From Amoebophrya sp. A120 (lineage: Eukaryota; Protista; Dinoflagellata), in assembly GCA_905178155.1 (NCBI GenBank), contig CAJINV010000013.1, positions 2,050,281 to 2,114,280 of the forward strand: a stretch of 64,000 nt of DNA, in the 5' to 3' direction. Numbering within the stretch: position 1 is the stretch's first letter; the number at the start of each line of letters is the position of its first letter. The notes below the pieces were generated by a model. It was not told the DNA's origin, did not search any database, and saw only the letters and a list, made by a program, of their open reading frames with translations. Of the stretch, positions 31,401-41,900 are shown one piece after another. The translations under genes were made by a program, and so were the position numbers.

Positions 31401-34400
31401 GCAGGCGGCTGAGACGAAAAAAACAACTTACACGATTTTGAAAAAATGGCCAGCGTCCTGTTCTTGTAAAAAGCATGAAAAAAATGAAAAATCCCTGCTT
31501 TCACGGCTGAGGACCGGCAGGTAGTGGGCGCAGGCCGCTGACACGAAAAAAACAACTTACCCGATTTTGAAAAAATGGCCAGCGTCCTTTTCTTGTAAAA
31601 CGCATGAAAAAAATGAAAAGTCCCTGCTTTCACGGCTGAGGACCGGCAGGTAGTGGGCGCAGGCCGCTGAGACGAAAAAAAAAACTTACCCGATTTTGAA
31701 AAAATAGCCAGCGTCCTGTTGTTGCAAAACGCATGAAAAAAATGAAAAGTCCCTGCTTTCACGGCTGAGGACCGGCAGGTAGTGGGCGCAGGCGGCTGAG
31801 ACGAAAGAAAAAACTTAGCCGATTTTGAAAAAATGGCCAGCGTAATGTTCTTGCAAAACGCATGAAAAAAATGAAAACTCCCTGCTTTCACGGCTGAGGA
31901 CCGGCAGGTAGTGGGCGCAGGCGGCTGAGACGAAAAAAAAACTCAGCCACTTTAGTCGTACCATAGTCCTCCTTTCATGCATGCCAAAAAGTTTTCACTT
32001 GAAAACTTCGCATCACAAATTATTCCAACTTTCGGGGTTGGGGCATTTTTCACTGTGATAGCCTCGCCTCGTTCTTCGTCATGGTCGGATCTGCCGTGCC
32101 CGTCCAGCCCTGGTAGGGGTATGCAAGAAAAAAAACTGTGTAAGTGTAACTTTGTGTTGCAGACGTTGCAATACAATTACACTTGTCATGCTGGATGTGC
32201 ATCAAAGGCTATTTTCATACGCGTTTTCGCGTACTGCCTCCGCATGACAGGTTTTCTCTGTCATGCAAAACAAATCTGTGATGCTGTTCCCGCAAAAAAA
32301 GTTACAGTATACACACTTTTTTTCTTGGATAAGAGGAGAGTACTCTCGAATATCGAGACAGCAGACTAGATTATTCGGTTCTTGCAAATTGCACGACACA
32401 AAAATCCTGGGTTCCTTGACGAACCAGCTGTAGGCAGATGAACTGATTGAATTTCACCGACGTAAAAAGCGGGAGAAAGTTTGTTCAAACTTAGTTCTCA
32501 ATAAGAACATCATCATCAAGTAAAAAAATACTTTGACATATGCAAAGGCGTTATCCCCGAGATTTTTGACCAAGGAGTTCGAATTTCGCAGGCTGCCACC
32601 TTCTTCGTCCGCTCCGATCGGGTTCCCGTCCTCGTCCAGCAGCTCGCCGTTCGGCCCGTACCTCCGGTTTTTATTCCCATTCAACCCGTCGTGGTTGTAC
32701 CCCCCTCCACTCCCATCCGCGGAACCTCCGTACCCGTTGCCGGCAAAGCCGTCGCCCGACCCGTTGCTGCCCGTGCGGATTTTGTAGCCGTCCTCCTCGC
32801 AGTCGTAGTAGCCGTCTTCGTCCCCGTTGCCCGGTCCGCCGAACCGGCCGGACCCGTTCAGCGATCCGTTGCGGTCACTCCCCCGCGTGCCATTGCGGGA
32901 GGATCCGTCCTTCGATATCGCAAGGAAAAATCCCCCCTCCCCATAATGAAGAGGTAGGTTTTCGAAAATTTGTGTTGCTGATTTGCGCCTTAGTTCTGTC
33001 CTCTCAGTTGTGTTGCTGATTTGAGGTCACAAATCACGTTTGTGTTGCAAGAAGACAAGGGCAGCAGCTTCCGTCCCATTATGGAGCCGGTTTGTCATGC
33101 TGTTGAGCCAACATCACGGACGCTTTTCATGCTAAGCGCCTAAGTCAAAGCCTCTCTACTCAGGCTTGATATGGGTCTCCAGTCCTCTTTAGCAAGACAA
33201 ATTTGTGTACTCAAATACTGCATCACATCAAATTTCGTTTTCGATATGGGGTGGGGGAATTTTTCTTTTTGATATTCGAGCCCGCGTGGGCATTTTCTGG
33301 GTCGTTCGGGTCGAACTTGTATCAATTGCAAATTATCGATCTGTGTCTGTTGTATGAGTGCAGATATTAATTTGGGTTTGGCATGCTGGTGCTTTTGCAT
33401 GAACCAGAAGGCCTGGCCTGCAAGTCCTAGCATCACATCACGCCTTGCAAAGTGAGGAGGTGCCCCGAAATAAATGCATAATCCGCATGAAAAAGTTCCT
33501 CTACTTTTGTATGCCAAGTTCCTTTAGGCAGCCTTAGCCTTTGCTGTTCATGCATAACGGAGTTTGTATTTTGTGGTGCTTTAATACTTCTGCGTGATCA
33601 TGCATTGCAGTCTTTCAGACCCAGATCTTCGACATTTGCAATGCATAACGCGCTACCGTACCGGCTGTTCCTGCCCTTGCCGTTTTTCCCTCCGTTTTTG
33701 TTCTGCGCCTTCTTCGTGCTCCCCAGAAACTCCTTTACATCGACATTGCCATCCTCATCTGTGTCGATGGCCTTGTAGATTTCCTCCGCAGAGCCACCGA
33801 ATAAAAAGTTATGGAAGTGTCAGAGTCGAAATTGACAAAATCGAAATAATTTGCCATGCATAAAGTGGATTCCAGTGCGGACCCAGTTTCTACGTGGCGC
33901 ATGACAAATTCTGGTGGTGCCTAAATACAGTTTGCAATGCTGTTGAGGCAAAGAAGACTGATTCTCTCATGCTGCTTTAGCAGTTCGAGCTCTAGCCCCG
34001 AACAGGCTTACAATCGGCCTCACTTGCCTGCTCTGCAACACACGTACCTCGCGTCATGCATTTTACGCATTGCAAATGATTTCAACTGTGACGATTTCGA
34101 TCCTCACACATTCATAAAAGTCGATCGTGTCGTAGTCGGGCCAGATTTTCGGCAAAATCATGTTGAGGCCGGAGGACAGCTCGATGTAGGCGAGGCTTCC
34201 GTTATGAGAGTGCATAAAGCGATCCCCCGACCCCGTGCCCGTGCGCTCCTAATTTGTCATGAAAAGTAGAACCAAATAGATCCACTGGTTGTCTTGAAGT
34301 AGTCTCCACATGATAGATGACATCAAGTGTCGGAAAAAAACACAAAAAGTACGCTTACGCATAAATCTGTGTGCAGATTATTGTCATGCGAAAGCTACAT

Positions 34401-35380
34401 CTGGGACACTGCTTCTGTTGCGAATCTTGCGCTCCAACTGAGAAAAAGGGGGACGAGCTGTGCACTCTCATAGCCGTTGGCGTTGAAGTCGAAGAACTGA
34501 AAGGCGCGCCGAAGCGTCTTGTACTTCATAGTCAGGAAATACCTGGAGTAGAGTGGCGGTATACAGTCTGTCCTCTATGGAGCAGCCACGGCTTCTTTTC
34601 GAAACAGCTCTATTTGTTTTCGCAAGAACTACCCAATAATACCCATGCCCCACGAGAAGGTCCGTCGTCCGACCTGCTCGTGCGTGGGAGCGGCAGGTGG
34701 GAAGCAGAAAAGCAACCACGACAACCGCAGAGGGCAAATTCCCATGGCCCGGCGCCCAATGCAGCGCTTGTTCTTAGCGCAGTTTTTCGAGTAGTACGCT
34801 TTCATGCCTTCAACGAAAAGCCTATTACTTGAGCTGTATATATTGCAATGTAAAATCAACTTTACTAGAAGCTACACACCTACCTCATGGCTCCCGCTGG
34901 GCTGCTGTCGTCTACTTTCCGCGCTTTTATAGCCGCGTCGAACTCGCCTAGAAACGTGGCCATTGTCCTATCACAATGAAAAATGCCCCCACCCCAGAAC
35001 TTCAACTTCACAGCTATTGCTATTGCAAAGCTTTCCAAGGGACACATTCCCCATCTTTTACATGTTTCAGCATCACAAGCTTTCGATTCTGAATAGCTAA
35101 AATTTGTGCTGCACAAGAGCCCCGGAACAGCCGGGCCTGTTATGTAAAAGATGCCCTGCTCGCCTGGACTCTGCATCAGAAAGACTCGCAAGAACCCTTT
35201 CATGCGAGACAAACAGTTTCCATTTGGAAAGATCTTTGCATCAGAAACATTTCCAACTTCGGGGTAGAAGGGGCACTTTTCAGTGTAATATGTTCGCAAC
35301 AGCTTTACCTTCGCTCGCTCCGGCCCAAGCATAACCACGCGGTCCCCCCGTTGCGCGTTTCGCTTTGCGCGTTCGAACTC
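28442..35380 (-). CDS. EF-hand-containing multi-exon protein; probably the 3' half of the large gene upstream, ends uncertain
   Basis: Spliced exons give RRAFQFFDFNANG|SLAYIEL and IYKAIDTDEDGNVDVKEFL (canonical EF-hand loops), Gly/Asn-rich exon ~32545-32915, NEAR|RRFLEKMENENAVPDGW|YLDENGNWVNRDT|GETLSDEEF. Confidence 0.75.
28567..28793. mobile_element. Introner element, family C (eroded TSD)
   Basis: TIR tatgcactgcaaaagcatcgcactcgta / gatgcaatgcgta, similar to 43099-43256; lies between protein-like exons. Confidence 0.7.
29747..30008. mobile_element. Introner element, family A
   Basis: TIR tatcaactgtaaaagtgtctgggtctggaaga / tcttccagacccagacatttttgcatttgata; TSD cgtgt; removal gives VNRDT|GETL. 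Confidence 0.95.
30052..30188. mobile_element. Introner element, family F
   Basis: TIR tatcaggcacaaaaaagcaggcagg / cctgcctgcttttttctctgggata; TSD accac; removal gives PDGW|YLDE. Confidence 0.9.
30245..32060. mobile_element. Introner element, family B subgroup, expanded to 1.8 kb by an internal satellite
   Basis: TIR tattacaatgaaaaatgcccccacccc / ggggttggggcatttttcactgtgata; TSD gcctc; flanks are homologous to the 322-bp copy at 34969-35290. Confidence 0.92.
30454..31945. repeat. 129-bp satellite, about 12 units, with a 4-unit higher-order repeat
   Basis: Unit starts (aaaacgcatgaaaaaaatgaaaa) at 30454, 30584, 30713, 30842 (deleted), 30952, 31081, 31210, 31339, 31468, 31597, 31726, 31855. Confidence 0.97.
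32120..32331. mobile_element. Introner element, family E
   Basis: TIR tatgcaagaaaaaaaactgtgtaagtgtaac / gttacagtatacacactttttttcttggata; TSD agggg/agagg. Confidence 0.85.
32916..33274. mobile_element. Introner element, family B
   Basis: TIR tatcgcaaggaaaaatcccccctccccata / tatggggtgggggaatttttctttttgata; TSD ttcga; removal gives HAGSK|DGSSR. Confidence 0.93.
33320..33647. mobile_element. Degenerate introner element, family A-like
   Basis: TIR tatcaattgcaaat / cagacccagatcttcgacatttgcaatgcata; eroded TSD acttg/acgcg. Confidence 0.7.
33810..34116. mobile_element. Introner element, family D
   Basis: TIR tatggaagtgtcagagtcgaaat / atttcgatcctcacacattcata; TSD aaagt; removal gives DTIDF|LFGGSAEEIYKAIDTDEDG. 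Confidence 0.92.
34203..34472. mobile_element. Introner element, family H, inserted in an EF-hand loop
   Basis: Perfect 12-bp TIR tatgagagtgca / tgcactctcata; TSD tccgt/gccgt; removal of 275 nt rebuilds DFNANGSLAYIE. Confidence 0.92.
34969..35290. mobile_element. Introner element, family B subgroup
   Basis: TIR tatcacaatgaaaaatgcccccacccc / ggggcacttttcagtgtaata; TSD tgtcc/tgttc; 327-nt removal is in frame. Confidence 0.9.
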
Positions 35381-35384
35381 GTGC

Positions 35385-35675
35385 TATGCATCGCAAATAT
35401 GGCTGGAGGGTCTGGAAAGTTGTCACGCTTGGCTAACAGGAAAGAAAAATCAGCTATGCTTGTTCGCTGCCCTAGAGCGTCGCTTTCATTTTGTGCTGCA
35501 TGAAAGTGTCACTCACGTTCCGAAACACAAACACGCAGTCGCTTAATAGGAACTACTTGTCAAGTACATACAACCACGTGGCCTTGATGTAATGTGAATA
35601 TTGGACTTGTTCAAGAACATCTATCATTGCAGTATAACTTCATTCCCGGCCCGGACTACATATTTGCAATCGATA
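35385..35675. mobile_element. Degenerate introner element, family A-like
   Basis: TIR tatgcatcgcaaatatg / catatttgcaatcgata; eroded TSD cgtgc/cacgc. Confidence 0.7.
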
Positions 35676-35971
35676 CACGCTCAATCGACGCAATCTCCTC
35701 CTCCACGAATTCCTTCTTTTGCAGCCGGGTTTTCAAATATAAGAGCGCACAACGCCCCCATCCCTTCCCTGAAGTGCATAACGAGCCGCATCACAAATTG
35801 CCTATTACTTACACGCGGAGCTTCTACATGAAGACTAAATTCGCGCACGGGGTGTCGTGCGAGCAGTTTCTGGGCGGCTTCCGAAATTTCTATAACCTGT
35901 GGTCATGCAGCAAAGCGCGCCAAAACAAGGAAGGGCTTGGCCGCTAGTGTAGTCGTTCGCATTCTGCGACA

Positions 35972-38900
35972 TCACAGATCATGAGGAAGTGGAGGGGAAG
36001 TTGTGCACTCCGATATCGGCCTCGGCGGCGGCTCGGGGATCGTGAAGCTGGACCGTTTCGCGGTGCAGCGAGGCAATCCAGCCGGCTGTGACGATCGTCG
36101 ATTTGGGGGCGCGCCCGTCGCACCTCCGTGGTCCGCCGTGGCTGTGGCTGCGCCGCCGACCGCCGCAGAAACCGCCGCCCCTTCCTCGTTTTTGGAAGCC
36201 GGACTGCTGCCGCTGCTGTGCCCCTTCAAGCTCCGCCTGGCTCCCGGATGGTCCTCCATGTGGTGGTCCGCAGCGCTACTACTTCCCGTCTCGTCGGAAT
36301 CTGGTAGGATTCGATTTTGTCTTCGCCGTGAAGGCGCTAGTACTCACAACTGAGTATGTATTTCTCATGATATTACCCTTTCACTATGCAGCCTATGTTT
36401 TAGGTGCATCATGAAGCCCATTTCTTCATAAGTACTCAGACCGATCAATCATTATTCAGAAAAAAACCTCGTCCTACTAGGCGGGATCAGCTGTTGTACT
36501 AAGTACCTGCCGGCGTGACTTGGTTTTCCAAGTCCTCTGGTCTCGGGCCCAAAACGCCCTGCCCGGGCACGAGCTCGTCTTCCTGCACGATGAGCTTGAG
36601 CAAGTTCCCCACGGCCGCCGCCGCGGCGTCCACGCTGCGCTGCAACGTCGGGTCGTTTCGCGCCGCGGCTTCGACCCCGTCCTTCAGGTGCACGACGGCG
36701 GTCCCGGATGGTTTCGCTAGAGCCTCGCCCTCAGTTGTGTGACCATTGGTCCCACCTGCAGCAGCTCCCGCGTTCAGAATCCCGGAGGAAGAAGAGGCGT
36801 TTCCGTTATCCACAGCCTGGTGCGGCAGCTCGTGCTCCGCCTCTCCCCCTGCTGGGTGTCCGAAAAGATTCGCGGCGGGCAAGTGGTGCAAGCCGGCGGA
36901 TTTGATCGCGGCCACGTGGTCCGATCCAACCGAGCCGACGGAGACCCGGCGGACCGGTTCGTTGCTCATCGACCGGTTCGTGACCGACCCCGGCAAAGGC
37001 TCCGCGTCGTTGTTGTAATTATCTGTCTCCTTCGAGCCGATTTGGATGACCGAGACCCGGCGTCGCCGTTCCACGCTCGCTTTATCAAATGTAAAAGTGT
37101 CTGGGTCTGGAAGAATGCAACTTGTCATGCTAAATCTGAAGCATGCAAAAATCTGTGTTGCATGATTACCAAAAGTCGTCCAGTTTTGACCAAGTCGGGA
37201 GGGCGTTTCTCATGCAGGATAGGCATGAGAGACTTCGCACAGAACCTGTCATGCTAGGTCCTGCATTCCAGACCTCATGGGTCATGGAAAAGCAACATGA
37301 CAAGTCGCGCATTCTTCCAGACCCAGACATTTTTGCATTTGATACGCTTCCCGCGCAGACGACAAATTCATCTCCCGCTCTCCCCGCGCGCTGTTGGCCG
37401 TGTTCTGTTGTGCTGTTGAAGACAATGTGACCGAGGGCCGCCGGGAGATGGAATTCACTTCTTCCGGGAGCGCCAGCAGCTGCTTCGACAGACGTGGCGT
37501 GTTCTGTTTCGAGGCATTGGACGAGGCGGGCAGTTGCTGCGACGAAGAATGTTGCTGCTGCGAAAATTTCTGCAGACTCTCCGCCAAATCTTCCGTGTTG
37601 TTCAAACTGGGACGGCGACTGCTGTTCCCCGTGAAAGCCGGGAAAATGTTGATGCTCAGATCGTTCTTTTGCAGTCCTCCTACCGCACTTTTCGTCGAGT
37701 CCGGGAACTCGACCTCCTGCGGGGGCAAAACCAGCGTTGTGGTGGAAGACAAACCCAGCGACGGTCGGTGCTTCAGCTGTCTCGTCCGAGCTTTCGAATT
37801 TTCAACCTCGACGTGTTGACCTGCGCCGGGCTTATTGGACTGCGACTGCGGCAGGGTCGTCGTGGTCTCTATTGACTCATTCTGATTTATTGTCCTATTT
37901 GCATCACTCCTGGAAGATGATGACATGGCATCTCCTCCATCGATCTGCGTTATTTTGATCTGGAAGGCTGAACGTGCTGCCCCAGCCGCTGAAGTAGATG
38001 CTCCTTCTCGTTCTTCACTGGGAACAATACAGCAGCTGTCTTGCTGCGTAGTAGAAACGTCCTCGCCGACCTCCAGAGAATGGGAATTCGTCGCCACCCC
38101 AACCGTTGTGCTGTTGTCCTGGTCCTCCTCGTGCAGCGCACTTGTTACCTCTGCTCGTCCTCCAATTTCAGTTTTTCTACTGCTGTCCGTTTCCAAGACC
38201 GCACCTCCACGTAATATAACCGGAGGCTGCTCCAGCTGCATACCAGGAGCACCACGCCTCACCGGACTGCCACCGCTCGTTACACCCCCGCCGGGAAGCG
38301 CGGGCCGCATCGGACTGGCGGTCAAAACTCCGTCTAAGGAGTTGCTGCTCACGACGGAATGAAAATCACCTCCTGCTGGAGCAGCTGCGCCGACGTCCTC
38401 GCCTGCTGCACTCGGGACTTGCATTTTTGGCGAACTTCTCGGCTGTTCCTGAATACTGGGAAAGGAGAAATCTGTAATGCTGGTCCACTTTAGGGACGTC
38501 GCCGTCGTGCTCATGGAGCCGGAAGACTGCGGCGGCTGCTGGCTGTTGTTGCAAAGTAGACTGGCGTTCACCTGCGATTTGGATTTGGAAATGTCGTCAA
38601 ACGCGCCCAGAATGTTGGAGGACCGGTCGTTCTTCAGCTCCTTTGACGGTGAGCTCAGCGATGCGATGGTCATGGGCGGCCCGGACGGCAGGATCTCCAC
38701 CGGTTGGGAATACTGCTGCCGACTCAGCGACTGCCGCCGCGGGGGCGAGGGCTTAGAGGATGTGTTTTGTCCCAATGCAAAATTTTGGGCGGTGCTCGTG
38801 GTGGTGGAAGTGGTTACCGCCGACTGGTTGTCGTCGAAACTCGTGTGCGGCTCCACGGGCTCGATGTCTTGCATCACTCGAGAGGAGGGACCACGTGACG

Positions 38901-41900
38901 GTCTTGTCGCGTTTTGGTTCTTTTGCTTCGTCGCATCTTCTTCTTCCGAAGATGACGACGCGACCGTCGTGGACTGCTCCGCGGTCAGTGTCGACGGACC
39001 GGGCGCCGCTAGAACAGACTGGTCTCGTCGTCCTTTTTCGCCTGATATTACCGCACCTGCTCCTTGATGACGACCTCTTTCCGCATCGCTCTGACTAGTA
39101 CTGCTTCCCCCGCCCCCGTCGGCCTGACAATCGTGAGTTTTGTTCTTATCTGCAGCCACGTCGTCAGTACCGAAAGCCAGTCTCTCCTGCTTTAATACCG
39201 GGGAAGTAGACGAGGAAACTTCGGTAGTACCACCTACGATGTTCTGGCTCTTGTCTGCGGCTGCAAACAGCTCCCGGCCCGCAACCATCAGATCCAAGAC
39301 CGGCGACCCCGAGCCGAGGCCGTTGTACGTCAACGCGTTTGCGTCCAGATGGTTACCTTGATGGTCTGGATTGGACACGAAGTTCGACGCACCGTGCTCG
39401 AAATTTTGGTCCCCACCTCCAAACATGCCCCCAGCCGCTGCTCTGTCGGTCAAACCGCTGTTGTTTGCGTGCGCGAAGAGTTTGTTCGCCAGCGACTTGT
39501 GCAGCGAGTGGTCCTTGTGCTTGTTCAGCATGTCAGGAAACAACACGCGCATCGAGGAGTTCTTGGGCGGAGACCGAACCCCGGGCAAGGAGTTGCGGTG
39601 CTGCGGTCCAGCTCCAATTGCGTGTCGTTGGCCGCGATCCGCTTCCAGTCCGACCCTGTGATTGCCCAAGAACTGCTCGTGGTCTCGAAGCGATGATTCT
39701 ACGTCGTTCGGGAACATTGGAGAGAAGTGGGAGGAGAAGTCAATCTTGCTCATGGCCTGCTCCAAACCCTTGCTGACGTCTTCTACATTCATCGAGGACC
39801 CACTTGCTGCCGTTGCCGCCCCGTCCACCTGCAGAAAGTTTTGGCGCTCCTCGTGTGGTCCATTATTTGAGGAAGTCTGATTGACATTTGTTCCCCGCCG
39901 GACCAAGTGCGCGTGCTGGGTGTTGGTGTTGGCTTCATCAAGAAGAAAAATCCCCCCTTCCCATATGAAGGTCGCGCCCGGAGGGCGATATTGGTAACCA
40001 AATGCGTGCGCGAAATTCTAACCAGCGCGAAAGCCTAACCAGCCGCGCGGCGAAAGCGCGGCCCTGCGGGCCGCGCTTTGGCGCTATTTATTTTTGATTA
40101 CAGTCCCACTCCTTCTTCTGCAAGCCCCCTGCATGAGAAACTGGCCCCCTGGCCAGGAAGGTATCATCTGGGTCATCGGGGGCTTCCGGATTCGCATTCA
40201 AAGCTTATCGCAGGAGCCTGCGGGCCGCCGCGGGCTCCACCACTTCCCCGCGGCCCTAAAGGGCCGCGGACAACTACTGTCGCCCGCGGCGGCCCGCAGG
40301 CTCCTGCGATAAGCATTGAAGGCGAAATCCGGTCTGCTATTTCGCAGCGGGGCATCCTCTCTAGCCCCCTGCGTGACAAACTGGCCGCCTGGCCAGGAAG
40401 GTATGCGGAAAGCCGAAAACCCGCGAACCCTTCCGGGCAACCAAAATCGGCCATTTCAGACGCGGCGGAGGTCCCGAATTGGTGCTCACAACCCCGGCCA
40501 AATCGGGATTTTGGGACATGCCTCCGCCCGCTTGTAGTGCGTTTTTTTTTCCCAATCGCGATGGTACGGCGCAAGCGCGCGCCCGCCGGACCGCCCTTGG
40601 CGGCCAGTTTGTAAGCCTGCCGAGGGTTCTCGATTTTTTTCAATTTTCGCTCTTTTTTCTGGTTCTTAGGTGGCCGAAGGGCTCTGGACATTTTCACCGC
40701 CCGCAGATGACTGGCAGTTTTGAAGCCTGCGGAGGGATTGCGCTTTTGCGCAATTTTTCATCTTTTTTCATTTTTCAAGTGGCCCGGGCGACCTGCACAT
40801 TTTTACCGCCCGCATCTGTCTGGCAGTTTTCAAGCCTGCGGAGGGATTGCGCTTTTGCGCAATTTTTCATCTTTTTTCATTTTCCAAGTGGCCCGGGCGA
40901 CCTGCACATTTTTACCGCCCGCATCTGACTGGCAGTTTTCAAGCCTGCGGAGGGATTGCGCTTTTGCGCAATTTTTCATCTTTTTTCATTTTTCAAGTGG
41001 CCCGGGCGACCTGCACATTTTTACCGCCCGCATCTGTCTGGCAGTTTTCAAGCCTGCGGAGGGATTGCGCTTTTGCGCAATTTTTCATCTTTTTTCATTT
41101 TCCCAGTGGCCCGGGTGATCTGGACAAAATCCGACGATTGCTTCCGCCCACGTTATGAAGCAAATTTTTGCCATTTTTTTCCAACTTTTTCCAGTTACGA
41201 AGCGGCCCAAGGCTTCCGAACAGGTCGCGGGCCTGCTTCTCCAACGCAGCTGGCCAGCGGGCGGAGCAAAAAATAGTCCGTGTCTTTTTCAGATATCAAG
41301 TGGGCCAAACCGCAAAAATGCTCTTTTTTAACCTTCTCCCGCTTGGTTTCTCCCATTTTTGCGACATTTTTGACCTCCTGGCCATTTTCCCATCTGGTCC
41401 GCTTTTTTTCCCTTCTCCCGCTTCATTTCTGGCCATTTCCCTGACCTTCACGCCTCCCGGCGGTTGCCCTATATGGTAACGGCAACTGCCTTCGCGCTGC
41501 GTTTGCTAAAGCAATATCGCAAGCGCGCAGAGCGCGCGCGCCGGCTTCGTGGGCCGGCGCGCGCTCTGCGCGCGCGCGCGCACGCATTTGGTTACCAGAT
41601 CATGTGACGCAGATTCGTCGCCACAAAACATCAGCTTCGTCTTGCAGAAACGAAGCGGAGGCGCATGCTAGGCTTGTCTCGGTTTCTATATGTCAGCAAG
41701 ATAGATGTTTCTGCTGGTGGCTAAAACTCATTACAGATAGCCCGCTCAGTGCGTCGCTTCGCTCGTGCTTCATCAACGAAAGTATGCAATACAGGGGCAT
41801 TTGCACACACAAATCAGCAACGCAAGTTTCCTTGTGGTGCATTGTCGATATGGGGTGGGCTTTTTTCCTTGCGATAGGTTTCGTTATATCGCTCCATCAA

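Larger units (their letters stand above)
39936..41876. mobile_element. Introner element, family B, carrying a nested 1.6-kb element
   Basis: TIR catcaagaagaaaaatccccccttcccatat / atatggggtgggcttttttccttgcgata; TSD ggctt/ggttt; 1946-nt removal joins ORFs 41814..43139 and 37282..39906 in frame. Confidence 0.88.

Noticed and set aside
30950-31891. 313-aa repetitive ORF
   Set aside because: It is a by-product of a 129-bp (43-codon) satellite inside an intron-like element and is broken by indels in neighbouring units.
30454-31945. CRISPR-like array
   Set aside because: Whole units are repeated with no unique spacers, there are no cas genes and the context is eukaryotic.
37143-37430. Recurring peptides [19 protein letters not shown] and KCKSVWVWKN as a small protein family
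   Set aside because: They are different-frame translations of the family A TIR; conservation is at DNA level.
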